Part shown: one piece after another, positions 8,772-18,584 of the stretch
How positions within the stretch are numbered: position 1 is the first letter of the stretch
Layout of the letters: every line of letters begins with the position of its first letter
Source: a virus
Direction: 5' to 3' (one strand)
IMG/VR virus record: IMGVR_UViG_3300042147_000025
Span: 29,121-93,120 of that record
DNA length: 64,000 bases
The notes under the pieces: model-generated
Database searches by the model: none
What the model was told of the DNA's origin: nothing
What the model saw: the letters and a program-made list of their open reading frames with translations, nothing else
Made by a program: the position numbers and the translations under genes

Positions 8772-9378
8772 CTCCCTCGGAGTGTTTATTTATGTAAGTA
8801 GAGTAAAGAATCCTAATCTTATTTTTAAACTCTTCTTCGGGGTGGTGCATTTTCATCGTATTACAAAGCTTACAACAAGGTCTAACATTATCCAGTGTAT
8901 AACCTTTGTCAGAATCAACTCTATCCAAGCTATTATAAATATACTGACTATTTAATCTACTTCTGTCACTTACTGTAAGAATTTGATGCTGGTAGACCAT
9001 TGCAGGAGGTTCGTCGCAATAGTAGCAGTTACTGGACGTTAGCTCTTTAAAAACATCCAGATCAATTTCAAAAGCATAGTTAAACTTTTTTGCTCTTGTT
9101 TTATATACGCCAAACAGACGCTTTAATCCAGAGACTCCCGGATCTAAAAGTTTCTTGTTTGCCATCTTAACTTTTCCGTTTGCACTCCTGATGGCCGTAG
9201 AGATAGGACAACCATGTCCGCAAGTCTTACATGAAATTAAATGACTAGAGCCTTTTTCTACAATATTTCCACACTCACATTGAATTTTAATGCGCATGCT
9301 GTCATTTACTTTATCGTAGAACTTCTCTAGAACTACATAGAATCTTTCACGAGTAAGATCAAGGTTATCAATGTCCAT
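8749..9378 (-). CDS. HNH homing endonuclease
   Basis: CYYC...LDRVDSDKGYTLDNVRPCCKLCNTMK. Confidence 0.85.
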   Translation of the reverse strand: MDIDNLDLTRERFYVVLEKFYDKVNDSMRIKIQCECGNIVEKGSSHLISCKTCGHGCPISTAIRSANGKVKMANKKLLDPGVSGLKRLFGVYKTRAKKFNYAFEIDLDVFKELTSSNCYYCDEPPAMVYQHQILTVSDRSRLNSQYIYNSLDRVDSDKGYTLDNVRPCCKLCNTMKMHHPEEEFKNKIRILYSTYINKHSEGDENEEHF

Positions 9379-9856
9379 TCAAACACATCTCTTTCTCTGT
9401 CTCGCGTCTTTTAACAAGGCCCGGTAAAACTTTATTTTTTGCAAAAACCCACTTGCTAAGTTCTTCACAAGCACCCACATAGTCTTTAGAATTAAGCTTA
9501 CGAAGCATAGTGGAGGATTTAAAATTGCCAATTCCCACATTGTACGTGAAGCTTAGAAAAGCTGCATGTTGGTAATCTGTGAGTGGTACACGAACAAGGT
9601 TCATCATCTGTTTATCGTGAGATGATAAGTCTTTTGCTAATTGGTCTAGGCACTGCTCATCTGTAAACTTTTGACCAAGTTTTAGTTCCGGTCCCGTATG
9701 ACCGTAACATGAGGTTTTGATGTTTACGGGGTCTAAATAGACTTCATTAACCTTACCCTCATTAGGTGCTATTAAATAACCCCCACTCATCGCAACCGCA
9801 GCAGTGAAGCCATATGCTAAAAGTTTTTTGTACAGGGCTTTCTTTGTATCTGCCAT
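9368..9856 (-). CDS. SAR endolysin (GH24 / T4-lysozyme-like)
   Basis: Lys-rich start plus Ala/Gly-rich SAR helix; catalytic E-x8-D-x5-T (NEGKVNEVYLDPVNIKT); FTYNVG; GLVKRR. Confidence 0.92.
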   Translation of the reverse strand: MADTKKALYKKLLAYGFTAAVAMSGGYLIAPNEGKVNEVYLDPVNIKTSCYGHTGPELKLGQKFTDEQCLDQLAKDLSSHDKQMMNLVRVPLTDYQHAAFLSFTYNVGIGNFKSSTMLRKLNSKDYVGACEELSKWVFAKNKVLPGLVKRRETEKEMCLNGH

Positions 9857-9896
9857 CTAGTACTCCAAGTGTGAGGCACATCCTTGTGCTTTATTC

Positions 9897-9980
9897 TTAA
9901 TATCCAACATATGCTGCTGTTACAGGAAGCCCCGCAGCAACAAAGGCTACAATCAATTTCTTTCTAAGTGCTGCGTTCAT
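9897..9980 (-). pseudogene. 27-aa SAR-anchor-like peptide or endolysin N-terminal remnant
   Basis: MNAALRKKLIVAFVAAGLPVTAAYVGY* parallels the endolysin start KKALYKKLLAYGFTAAVAMSGGY. Confidence 0.45.
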
Positions 9981-9996
9981 TATACTTACTCTGAAA

Positions 9997-10188
9997 CTAT
10001 TCTTCTGAAGTTGGTGCAGGCATTGCTTCCCGCATTGATTCGGAGAAATTATAGTAGTATTCCATGTACCGTGGATCATTAGCCTCAACTTCACCTAAAA
10101 ATGGTTCACTGTCCACTTTTGGTTGCCGGGTGTACCATGAGACTACTTTTGTTTTGGTTTCATCTTCAAATTGAATATAAATGGACAT
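9997..10188 (-). CDS. small tail-fiber-associated protein
   Basis: 63 aa downstream of the fiber module; GEVEANDPRY. Confidence 0.55.
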   Translation of the reverse strand: MSIYIQFEDETKTKVVSWYTRQPKVDSEPFLGEVEANDPRYMEYYYNFSESMREAMPAPTSEE

Positions 10189-10198
10189 ATATACCCTA

Positions 10199-10831
10199 TT
10201 AAACTAGCAATGAGTGGGCAAGGGTCATGAATAGGGTTTGACCCTTGAAGCGGTAAAGCTCCTCGTTCGGGTGCAAGCCATCCTTGAGTAGCCGCCACCA
10301 TACGTTGGTTGCACCTATTGCCCTGTAATGGTCAACCACTGTAACGCCAAGTGATGCGCCCATATCGACGAGCGCCTCGCTGTACAGGGCGACTTTTGTA
10401 TTTACGTCCGAGTTGCCGTGAACAATAGGGTTCGGCGTGCCAAAGATTATTTTCTTGTTCTTCGCCGCAACGATTTGGCACATCTCCGTAGCCAACGTTA
10501 TGACGCCGCCTACGGAATGCCCCCGCAGGGCACTGTTAATGCCCAGCTGCACATAGACCAAATCTACATCAGGGTACGTTTCGAGCAGACTCGATAAGCT
10601 GGGGATAACTGTAGGCAGGAAGAGGGTTTCATCGCCATAGCGCCAGCTACGGAAATCCGTACCACCATGGCTTACGTTTATAAACGTAAAGACTCCGGCA
10701 CCGAATTTCTCATCCAATAGTTGCCCTGCGACCACGCACTCGGTCCACGGAGATACGCCACTGTAAGCACCGTTGGGGCCAAGGTGGCTAGCACTTACGC
10801 CGGTCGAATCGCCTATAACCAGAATTTTCAT
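10199..10831 (-). CDS. SGNH/GDSL esterase
   Basis: Blocks GDST, HGG, LGIN, DGLHPN. Confidence 0.9.
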   Translation of the reverse strand: MKILVIGDSTGVSASHLGPNGAYSGVSPWTECVVAGQLLDEKFGAGVFTFINVSHGGTDFRSWRYGDETLFLPTVIPSLSSLLETYPDVDLVYVQLGINSALRGHSVGGVITLATEMCQIVAAKNKKIIFGTPNPIVHGNSDVNTKVALYSEALVDMGASLGVTVVDHYRAIGATNVWWRLLKDGLHPNEELYRFKGQTLFMTLAHSLLV

Positions 10832-11967
10832 CAGATTTCATATCCGTTGCAAGAAATAGAAAAAGTCATCGTCCCAGAGGCAACCGTGCAGCGATAGTAG
10901 ATAGTTTGTGGGGTAATAATAGGGATGTTAGGCATTTGACTAGGAAAACCAGCGTTTGCAATAGCAGCACTAGTTGCTGAGCTAACCTTTTCACCAAGAC
11001 CTACGCCCGCAGCAACTGCTGAAGATCCAGCCAAAGAAGTGGTCATGGTTACAGTAGCTGACGAAGATGCAATGGTGGTGCTGAAGTCACCACGCTTTGC
11101 ATTAAAAGGGGTTACGAGAGAAGTATCTCTAATGAAAAGAGATGCTTGTGGAGTACTGCTTGTGTAAAAGACGTTATTAGGTATCCAAACATGCCGATCC
11201 TCAACAAAGACTGGGCTGAATTGTCCGGACGCATTTGTTGGTACTACAGTCAAAAGAGTGGAAGCAGTATAGCCAGACGGCATACTGGCACCAGAATAAA
11301 CTTCTGTTTGAGTTGCAAGTGTTGCGTTCTTTGCCAAAAGTGCACTGGTTGCGGTGGTGGGGTTGTAGATCGCATAAAGTGCAACATACCCACTAATTGG
11401 TGCAGAGCCTGTGTCCATACCACCAGCACCAACAGTTGCCAAGTTGACACTATGACTAAAGCTGGGTAGGTTCTTAACTGCACCCCCCAGAGAGGATTTA
11501 GTAATAACCTCATCAGCAGTATAAGTGGCAGTGGATGCTGCCGTAGTAACCAACATCAACCCATTTCGTACAGACCCAATAACAGGTCCACTAGCTGCTG
11601 AGAACGTAGCGAGAGATGTGTCTGTAATAAAGGCAATTTTCCAATACGTATCCGTAGAGTCCGTGGTGGGGTTTTGTCCTGCACTATCCTGTACAGCAAC
11701 ATAAATATTACCATCAGACCCTTGTACATAACTACGTACACCAGAGGTAGTGAAGTAGTAGTTAGAAGTAGCATCCCACTCACTGATACCCTTCTGGAAC
11801 AAATGTAGGATTGCATTGTCCTGACGATTCTGTGCAAAGTTCTCCCACTGAAAAGGTGGGACTTCGGCTGTCCAACCAGTCTGAATCTTTACATCACTAG
11901 GAGCAACAATAGCACCACCCGATGCCCATTGAAACGAAAAGTCCGGTTTTGAAACTTCAGCAGCCAT
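10831..11967 (-). CDS. tail fiber protein
   Basis: Baseplate-binding N-terminus (KIQTGW..EVPPFQWEN, LFQKGISEWD); position after the baseplate wedge gene. Confidence 0.85.
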   Translation of the reverse strand: MAAEVSKPDFSFQWASGGAIVAPSDVKIQTGWTAEVPPFQWENFAQNRQDNAILHLFQKGISEWDATSNYYFTTSGVRSYVQGSDGNIYVAVQDSAGQNPTTDSTDTYWKIAFITDTSLATFSAASGPVIGSVRNGLMLVTTAASTATYTADEVITKSSLGGAVKNLPSFSHSVNLATVGAGGMDTGSAPISGYVALYAIYNPTTATSALLAKNATLATQTEVYSGASMPSGYTASTLLTVVPTNASGQFSPVFVEDRHVWIPNNVFYTSSTPQASLFIRDTSLVTPFNAKRGDFSTTIASSSATVTMTTSLAGSSAVAAGVGLGEKVSSATSAAIANAGFPSQMPNIPIITPQTIYYRCTVASGTMTFSISCNGYEI

Positions 11968-11981
11968 TATTAAATCCTTTG

Positions 11982-12731
11982 TTAGATGAGCTGAGCATAT
12001 TGCCCACCCAATGATAAATCACTTAAATCTCCGTAGCCTTTGGCATTCAGAGCACCTTGAAAACCAAAATAGTCTTCAGCAATAAACTCACCAAAATTGA
12101 TTTTTACACCAATTGGCTTTGGAATAAATCTGGAGGGGTAGCCAGAAGAATAGGATGTATAAGTTAGAAGTACTTTCTCAAAAGAAGATAACTCTCTTCC
12201 TAACATCACAGTAACTTCAGCATTACCCTCCGCAACAACCAAGCTCATATCAATTCCAAATATGAATTGCATAAACTCTATGAATTGGTTTGGGGTTACA
12301 TTTGTATTATTCTTTACAATCTTAGCTTTAATGAACAATCGATATTGTTCATCTGTAAGCAGTGTATTCCCAGCTAGTGGATTGTTGATGTCATAATAAG
12401 GACCACCAATAGCTGGGTTATCCAAGTCACCGTAAGATTGAGCATCTGGATAACCAACAAAAGCAAAGAACGTCAACAGTGCTGTATCAATAAGCTCTCT
12501 TGGTTGGCCTACAATATCACCAATAATATCTAATTGAGCACCAACAGCAGTATCAATAGAACGCTCTTGCATCAGTTGACGGAAGACTTCTTGAAGCTCA
12601 ATCTTTCCGCCAAGGAGGATTTGGAGGTACTTGTCGAACGTAGGGGCAGATTCTTGGCGAAACTGTTCAGTCGTTCTGGAGCGTGCAACAGAAAGGTAAT
12701 CCTCAATATTGAACGGATTTAGTTCAGACAT
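11982..12731 (-). CDS. baseplate wedge protein (DUF2612-like)
   Basis: IDTAVGAQLDIIGDIVG, LTDEQYRLFIKAKI, PKPIGV. Confidence 0.85.
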   Translation of the reverse strand: MSELNPFNIEDYLSVARSRTTEQFRQESAPTFDKYLQILLGGKIELQEVFRQLMQERSIDTAVGAQLDIIGDIVGQPRELIDTALLTFFAFVGYPDAQSYGDLDNPAIGGPYYDINNPLAGNTLLTDEQYRLFIKAKIVKNNTNVTPNQFIEFMQFIFGIDMSLVVAEGNAEVTVMLGRELSSFEKVLLTYTSYSSGYPSRFIPKPIGVKINFGEFIAEDYFGFQGALNAKGYGDLSDLSLGGQYAQLI

Positions 12732-13617
12732 GAAAACTCCTAGGCATTAGATGGTCCATTTGCAGAACATCTTTAGTAAATAGTTCTGTATTACCCACCC
12801 GCAGGACATTAACTCCTTTGGCCCTATATTCTTTAAACATTTTGAGAATGTTTGTTTCAGCCGCCCGAGCATCTTTACCGTTTTCAAATCTATATGAATA
12901 GAGCACAGTAATCTTTTTTAAATCACAAGGTTTAAATCTAGAAGTAACACCGAGATTAGTGATACCCACTTTCCAATAAGTTGTACCATTGTCATCAACT
13001 CTTAGGTAGTACAAATAACCTGGAAGTTGTGAAACAAAACCCCCTTTCTTACAATTTGAGCACCCACTACCGTAGATAATACTTGCTCCAATTGGATAAA
13101 AAAGTTGATTACATACTAGACAAAGACATTCTATTGGTGTGCTGTTGTTTACGTAATTACCCACCACTTTCACATCATGCTGGAACTCATCAAAGCATTT
13201 CTGTAATTTTTCTACCGAACCCTTAGCTTTTCCGCTGCACATAAGGCAGCCTGAGTACTGGAGAAGATTGGCTGTGGAAGCTTCCCATTCATAATCACAA
13301 CACCGACAACGAGCTTTGATAGGCTCCTGACTTCCTTTGTAGTCAGAAACCAAATCAACGTTCCTATTATTATTGTCGAGGAGTTTTTGATAAGTTTCTT
13401 TTGTATATAAGTAAGTAGAGCAGCATGGACAACCCTTCCCACGTAGTAGGACGGAGGGCGTAGTAGGCCAACTATACTGACAGACGTTGCAAACAACATC
13501 TAAAAACCCTGTGCGTGTTTTATACACACCTGTGATCTTTAAGGTTGGTCTTTTTTCAGACATTAAATGAAAAAAATCGGATGCTATTTTTGCATTGTTT
13601 TCTTGTCTTTTACTCAT
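12724..13617 (-). CDS. Zn-ribbon repeat plus GIY-YIG-like homing endonuclease
   Basis: Three CxxC...GCxxC repeats; C-terminal YLYYL..WKVGIT..RF..E..GNTELF. Confidence 0.7.
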   Translation of the reverse strand: MSKRQENNAKIASDFFHLMSEKRPTLKITGVYKTRTGFLDVVCNVCQYSWPTTPSVLLRGKGCPCCSTYLYTKETYQKLLDNNNRNVDLVSDYKGSQEPIKARCRCCDYEWEASTANLLQYSGCLMCSGKAKGSVEKLQKCFDEFQHDVKVVGNYVNNSTPIECLCLVCNQLFYPIGASIIYGSGCSNCKKGGFVSQLPGYLYYLRVDDNGTTYWKVGITNLGVTSRFKPCDLKKITVLYSYRFENGKDARAAETNILKMFKEYRAKGVNVLRVGNTELFTKDVLQMDHLMPRSFHV

Positions 13618-13620
13618 TAA

Positions 13621-15060
13621 TCAGACCACTGTAATATTGGTTGTGTTCAAGCTTGCAATGGAATCAAACGGAATTACAATGTTACTTGTCCCAACAGGAC
13701 TTGGTGCAGTCCCAATTGTGAGGGATACAACCTCATGACCAACAATTGAGTTAATAGGTGTATACAGACGACTGTAGATCACATCATCACCTGTGCCAAA
13801 GTTAGCAGTGAAGTACTCAATCAATGCCGACTTGATAGCATCATTCCCGTTGGGCGGGAAGTTCACATCTGTGGTGATGTCCATGCTAATATAAATTACA
13901 ACAGGATCTGGACGAGAGAAACTAATGTCGTGAGGGAAGCCCTGAACATCAGAAATACTTACAGTGGTGTTACCATAGCTAAGAATACCAATTGGTTTGT
14001 TATCCCAAATAGCATTAGCAATATCTGTACTCAATCCACCAGAAACAATAGGAAGGAAGCTGTGTGCAGGAACACCGTTACCGTCTACAACAGAAGTATC
14101 ATTTTCATAGATGGTAACCTCACTAACATTATCAAGATTGATAAGAGCAGAGTAGATAGCATCTAGTGTATTAGTTGCACGATCAAACTTGCCATTGCGG
14201 AACCTAAGACGAAGCTCTTCATCTGTCTCGCGATCTTCACCGGGAGTAGCTGCGACAGGGTTGTTTACACTATCCCAACCAAGCATTGGTGTCAGGATGG
14301 TATCAATAGTATTTGCAGGTTGCTCAATGATACCGGATTCAACTGCAACTACTTCACCAACAGTCCGTACTTTATTGATACCAAGATTAACAGAAGTTGT
14401 GAAGTTTACTGTTTGAAAGATATCATTTCGATCAATTACAAGAGTCGTTCCAACAACAGAGGCTGTCAGTGTTGGGTGAGCACCAGCAATAACACCTTGC
14501 AATCCAGCCAAGATTTCAGCAACCGTGGCACTTGCATCAGATGTATAAGTGATGGTATTAGAGGTTGTTGTATTGGCATAAGTGATGGTGTAAGCTGTGC
14601 TATCTTGTAAGGTGACAACTGATACGGTTATGCCGCTAGCGTTACTCGGGGATAGAGAAATAGCGCCAACTGTAGTGAATTGCTCGCCAGTTGTAGAGCT
14701 ACTTACAGTTTGTCCAACAGGGATTAGCGTGTTAGTGTCGCCAGCAACTAGAATAGACGATGTGGTGAACGTTTGTTCTTTGCGGGTAATACCAGCGTAT
14801 GCTACAAGGTTATCTAGGGCAATACCAGTTGCAGAGTTTGGGTCAAAGGCTGCATAGACTTCTTGAGCAGCTTCCCAAAGGTCTGCTTCAGAGGGAGCAG
14901 CTAGGGAGATTAGGCGACCTAGGGCCGAGCTGTCTGAAACATCTACAACTTGTCCTACTGGAGTGAGGTCAATAAATAATTGTACAGCTAAGGCTCTGTC
15001 ATCAGCTAAGATATCTGCAAGCCGTTTAATAACAAAGCCTGCATCCGTTAAACCGGCCAT
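13621..15060 (-). CDS. baseplate J-like protein
   Basis: FDPNSATGIALD, GEDRETDEELRLR, IYENDT, GVPAHS. Confidence 0.9.
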   Translation of the reverse strand: MAGLTDAGFVIKRLADILADDRALAVQLFIDLTPVGQVVDVSDSSALGRLISLAAPSEADLWEAAQEVYAAFDPNSATGIALDNLVAYAGITRKEQTFTTSSILVAGDTNTLIPVGQTVSSSTTGEQFTTVGAISLSPSNASGITVSVVTLQDSTAYTITYANTTTSNTITYTSDASATVAEILAGLQGVIAGAHPTLTASVVGTTLVIDRNDIFQTVNFTTSVNLGINKVRTVGEVVAVESGIIEQPANTIDTILTPMLGWDSVNNPVAATPGEDRETDEELRLRFRNGKFDRATNTLDAIYSALINLDNVSEVTIYENDTSVVDGNGVPAHSFLPIVSGGLSTDIANAIWDNKPIGILSYGNTTVSISDVQGFPHDISFSRPDPVVIYISMDITTDVNFPPNGNDAIKSALIEYFTANFGTGDDVIYSRLYTPINSIVGHEVVSLTIGTAPSPVGTSNIVIPFDSIASLNTTNITVV

Positions 15061-15079
15061 TTATAATCCTTTTGTTTAA

Positions 15080-15451
15080 TCAGTTGATCGGGGATACCAC
15101 AATCGGACTAGAAATAGTTCCGTCAATAACTCTAACTTGAAAAGTCAACGTGTACTTCCTATTAACGAAAGTTGAGTTCCAAGAGATGATTTCTTTAACT
15201 CCGGCATCAGACAAGACTTTTTGTTGCAAAATTAAGTCGGTTGATGCTTTAGAAGTTTGCTTGATAGCTATGATGCGTTGGCTGTACGGAATGCCGTAAG
15301 TGGTGTCAAGGAACCATTCACCGAGCCAACTCTGAAGAAGAATCAACAAACGTTGTCCTGTCACCTCAACTTGAGATTGGGTAGTGTCTTCTTTGAGCAA
15401 GGGACCATTGTGCCAGATTATGTCGTTCTGGTCGTTCAATTTGAAGTCGAT
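15080..15451 (-). CDS. baseplate wedge / sheath initiator (gp25/W-like), probable ATC start
   Basis: WLGEWFLDTTYGIPY; GGAGG lies 6 nt before the in-frame ATC GAC TTC AAA TTG. Confidence 0.8.
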   Translation of the reverse strand: MDFKLNDQNDIIWHNGPLLKEDTTQSQVEVTGQRLLILLQSWLGEWFLDTTYGIPYSQRIIAIKQTSKASTDLILQQKVLSDAGVKEIISWNSTFVNRKYTLTFQVRVIDGTISSPIVVSPIN

Positions 15452-15525
15452 TTCACACCTCCTACGTCTTGTGCATACAGGAAAAACATGCTATATTTAT
15501 TCCCTTAACTATTAGGAGAACTACC

Positions 15526-16080
15526 ATGATTTTTGATTTAAATTTTATTAATGAGTGCTTTGACGTTGATTTTTCAAAAGGGTTGCTGTCTTGGAAAGAG
15601 GATAGACCTACTAATCATTTCAGGACTCCGGGTGGTCACTCTTCTTGGAAGACTAAATCTTCATCAACGTCACCCCTCACAAAGAACAGTAAAGGTTATC
15701 TTACTGTTGGTGTAACTTTTGAGGGTAACTATATAACTTATATACAACACAGGATCATCTATGCCTTGTTTCACGGTGATGCCAATCCACCATTGATTGA
15801 CCACTACAACAGGAATATCACAGATAATAGCATCAGCAACCTACGTCCCTCTTGTATGGCTGGTAATGCTAAAAATCGTAAAATGTCCAAGTTAAATACG
15901 TCTGGGATAACCGGTGTGGAATATAGAGTCAAACCAAGTGGCTATTACTTTTGGATAACAAATTCAGCAAAAGATGAAGGACCAAAAGATATAGTTTTCC
16001 GTGATTTCTTTCTGGCTTGTTGCGAAAGAAAAGCTTGGGAATTGAAGAACGACTATACGGTAGAACATGGAAAATATTAG
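15526..16080 (+). CDS. HNH homing endonuclease, antisense to the late operon
   Basis: HRIIY..IDHYNRNITDNSISNLR, NTSGITGV; own promoter TTGTGC-17-TATATT at 15469-15497. Confidence 0.88.
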   Translation: MIFDLNFINECFDVDFSKGLLSWKEDRPTNHFRTPGGHSSWKTKSSSTSPLTKNSKGYLTVGVTFEGNYITYIQHRIIYALFHGDANPPLIDHYNRNITDNSISNLRPSCMAGNAKNRKMSKLNTSGITGVEYRVKPSGYYFWITNSAKDEGPKDIVFRDFFLACCERKAWELKNDYTVEHGKY

Positions 16081-16862
16081 TTTGTACTTACACCAGAAGT
16101 ACCTGAACCCACTGTAACACCTAGATGCTTGTGAAGGTTTATATTTATTCCACTAAGTACATATGTGCCCGTTTGTGTATAATTACCTACCTGAGTTATA
16201 TTGCTTTGGTAGGTAATGTCTCCGATCCAAGTAGTATTTCCTACATCAACGGTCATTGTTTGCGCGTTTAAGTTAATGCTATTTGAGGCATTAATAGTGG
16301 CATCCGAACAATTGATTACAACCGGTTGATTTGAAGTGTTAACTTCAATACTGCCGTCAACCTTTAGCCTAACTTCACACTCTACACCGCCCAGATTTTG
16401 AAATAAAACAGTGTCTTTAGTATCGTGGGTCAGGGCATGTTTTGCTGGATTATTCACAGCAACACCGGGGGGTTGAATACCCGGAAGAAAGATGGCGTCT
16501 GACTTATCCATCTTAGCGAAGTTCATTGGACTCGCTGGCCTACCATTCCCAACTTTCCAGCCATCCATATTCCTCATAGAGAACATTGCTGTACCAGTAT
16601 CTCCAACTTCAATTGGAAAAGTGAAGCCAGCTTTCTTGGAGACTTGAAAGGATACAGGGACATTGCCGATTGTTGGACGTTCTGCTACTGTACCATCTTG
16701 CAGCTTTTGATTGATAGTCGGTTGGATATCTACAACCTGTCCAGCAAGACCATCACGCACTGCAACCACAATGCAAGGAATAATAGTATAGATGTTTTGC
16801 ATCTGGCTATCGAAGGAACTAACCATTGTACTTTGAATAGCAGCTACAGCTTCTGAACTCAT
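16077..16862 (-). CDS. baseplate central spike (Gp138/gpV-like)
   Basis: OB-fold N-terminus, SDAIFLPG, C-terminal HKH metal-binding tip. Confidence 0.85.
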   Translation of the reverse strand: MSSEAVAAIQSTMVSSFDSQMQNIYTIIPCIVVAVRDGLAGQVVDIQPTINQKLQDGTVAERPTIGNVPVSFQVSKKAGFTFPIEVGDTGTAMFSMRNMDGWKVGNGRPASPMNFAKMDKSDAIFLPGIQPPGVAVNNPAKHALTHDTKDTVLFQNLGGVECEVRLKVDGSIEVNTSNQPVVINCSDATINASNSINLNAQTMTVDVGNTTWIGDITYQSNITQVGNYTQTGTYVLSGININLHKHLGVTVGSGTSGVSTN

Positions 16863-17758
16863 GAACCACCACCTTTTTGTACAACTTTCTCTAGGCTAGT
16901 TGCACGTATCTCACTGTACCACCCTGAGCTGCGCCATCCACCAGAGTGACGTAATGATTCAACCTTAAGCCAGCCAGTAATTAGGGTATCTTCAAGATAG
17001 ATAATATCTCCCGCTCTAATATCAGGATTCAAAAGAATCTTCATCTGAATGCCGGGCTTCTTTACTTTATCTTTCTTAGAACGTTGTCTATCACCAGAAA
17101 CACGGTAAGGAGTTTCGATTAATCCTGTATACTTTGAGATGACATATGCAAGGTCAAAGTTTTCATTATTAGGACGACCTTTATCGTGTACGTAGACAAC
17201 ACCATCATCTAGTTGCCATTCACAACCATATTTCTCGCAGAACTCATCCATCATCTCTTTAGGGGTTCCGCTGAGAGGGTAGCCACCAATGATTGGGTTG
17301 TTTAAGTTGGTCCCGCTAACAACACCCCTGTCAGCCCCAATAGCTTTGACAAACTTCTGAACCACAACTTTTGGATCTTGTCCTTCTGGAACAAATTCAG
17401 AGAGGAGTTGATGATTGAGGTTTGTATATCCGCTTCCCATAGTGACTTGCGTAATCCTATCCGTACCTGACTTCCTTGTAGATACATGAGTCACCTGTCC
17501 GGCAAACAACCGCTTAGGTCCGCCAGTGTCTAGATAGCCAGCTTCGAACACAGCAGCCGGATAGTCGGTGTCTAGTAATTTAACGTGTTCATCAGAGAGG
17601 TTGTAGATTTCTATAGATGCGCTATTTGTCCGCTTTTTATTATCTGGACTTTTACTGATATCAAAAGTAACCTGAAGGTCTGTAATTTCTAATGCTTCGC
17701 CAGAACTATAGTCACCAATTATCAAGCGGTACTGCCTATTACGTTGTATAAGATCCAT
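16859..17758 (-). CDS. baseplate hub protein
   Basis: IEIYNLS, FEAGY, GLIETP, LLNPDIRAG; synteny. Confidence 0.8.
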   Translation of the reverse strand: MDLIQRNRQYRLIIGDYSSGEALEITDLQVTFDISKSPDNKKRTNSASIEIYNLSDEHVKLLDTDYPAAVFEAGYLDTGGPKRLFAGQVTHVSTRKSGTDRITQVTMGSGYTNLNHQLLSEFVPEGQDPKVVVQKFVKAIGADRGVVSGTNLNNPIIGGYPLSGTPKEMMDEFCEKYGCEWQLDDGVVYVHDKGRPNNENFDLAYVISKYTGLIETPYRVSGDRQRSKKDKVKKPGIQMKILLNPDIRAGDIIYLEDTLITGWLKVESLRHSGGWRSSGWYSEIRATSLEKVVQKGGGS

Positions 17759-17771
17759 TGATTACCCTTTA

Positions 17772-18531
17772 TCAGTAAGGCTCATAATCAAAAGAAATCA
17801 ACTTAGTGTAAGCCTTTTGACAGAGGTTATCTTTGTAGTGATCCGCCAGAGAGCGTACTTTATTATTAACGTGAAGTCTTACAGACTCAAAGGCATCAAA
17901 CTTATTACCATAAGAACCAAGGCTTATTGCTTTACCGCCAACCGATGAAGTAGCGATAAACCTACCAGCACGAAGTTCAACACCTTTTGGTAAATCAGGG
18001 TTTCCAGATATCTTTTTCGTGCGGAATATCACATTCAATTCTCTTGGGAGAAAGGTGAAAGGTGCATGTCTCTGGATTATAATTTTTGTTATTGTGGACA
18101 AGTAAGTCTTTATCTAACTGCCAATTTGGGAGGTTAAATCCCGGTTGTTTGTTACACCATTCTGCAAACACTTGAAAATTTAACCAAGAGTCTACTACTT
18201 GACAGTCAACATACGACTGCAACTGATTCTTAGTGTCGTAACAACGGGCCAGCATTGCAGACCAAGTGTTGTACTCCTTCGTAATATTCCCTGTTCTACC
18301 GGCTGAATAAATACCCACACCTATAAACCCCTTTCCAAAAACCTGTGGCGAATTGGGATTCTTTACTTTCCCAGCCTGAAGCATGTGTGAGTAGGTTTTA
18401 GTTATAGTTCCATCTTCAAATTTCACGAGTATGTCTTGGCTTCCGTTGTATTCAACAACAGCACAATCACCACTAAAGTTTGTCTTGAATACATCACCAA
18501 TAAATATTTTCTGTTTTGGACCTTTCATCAC
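17772..18531 (-). pseudogene. HNH-like/AP2 homing endonuclease broken by a 7-bp duplication
   Basis: LDKDLL...YNPETCTF continues as LPRELN in another frame; tandem AAAGGTG at 18051-18064. Paralog 46161-46838 reads YSPETCAFVPKRLN. Confidence 0.85.
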
Positions 18532-18584
18532 AACCCCACATATTTAAATTGAGGTTAGATTGTAGCATCAAGTCGCAGTGAAAG

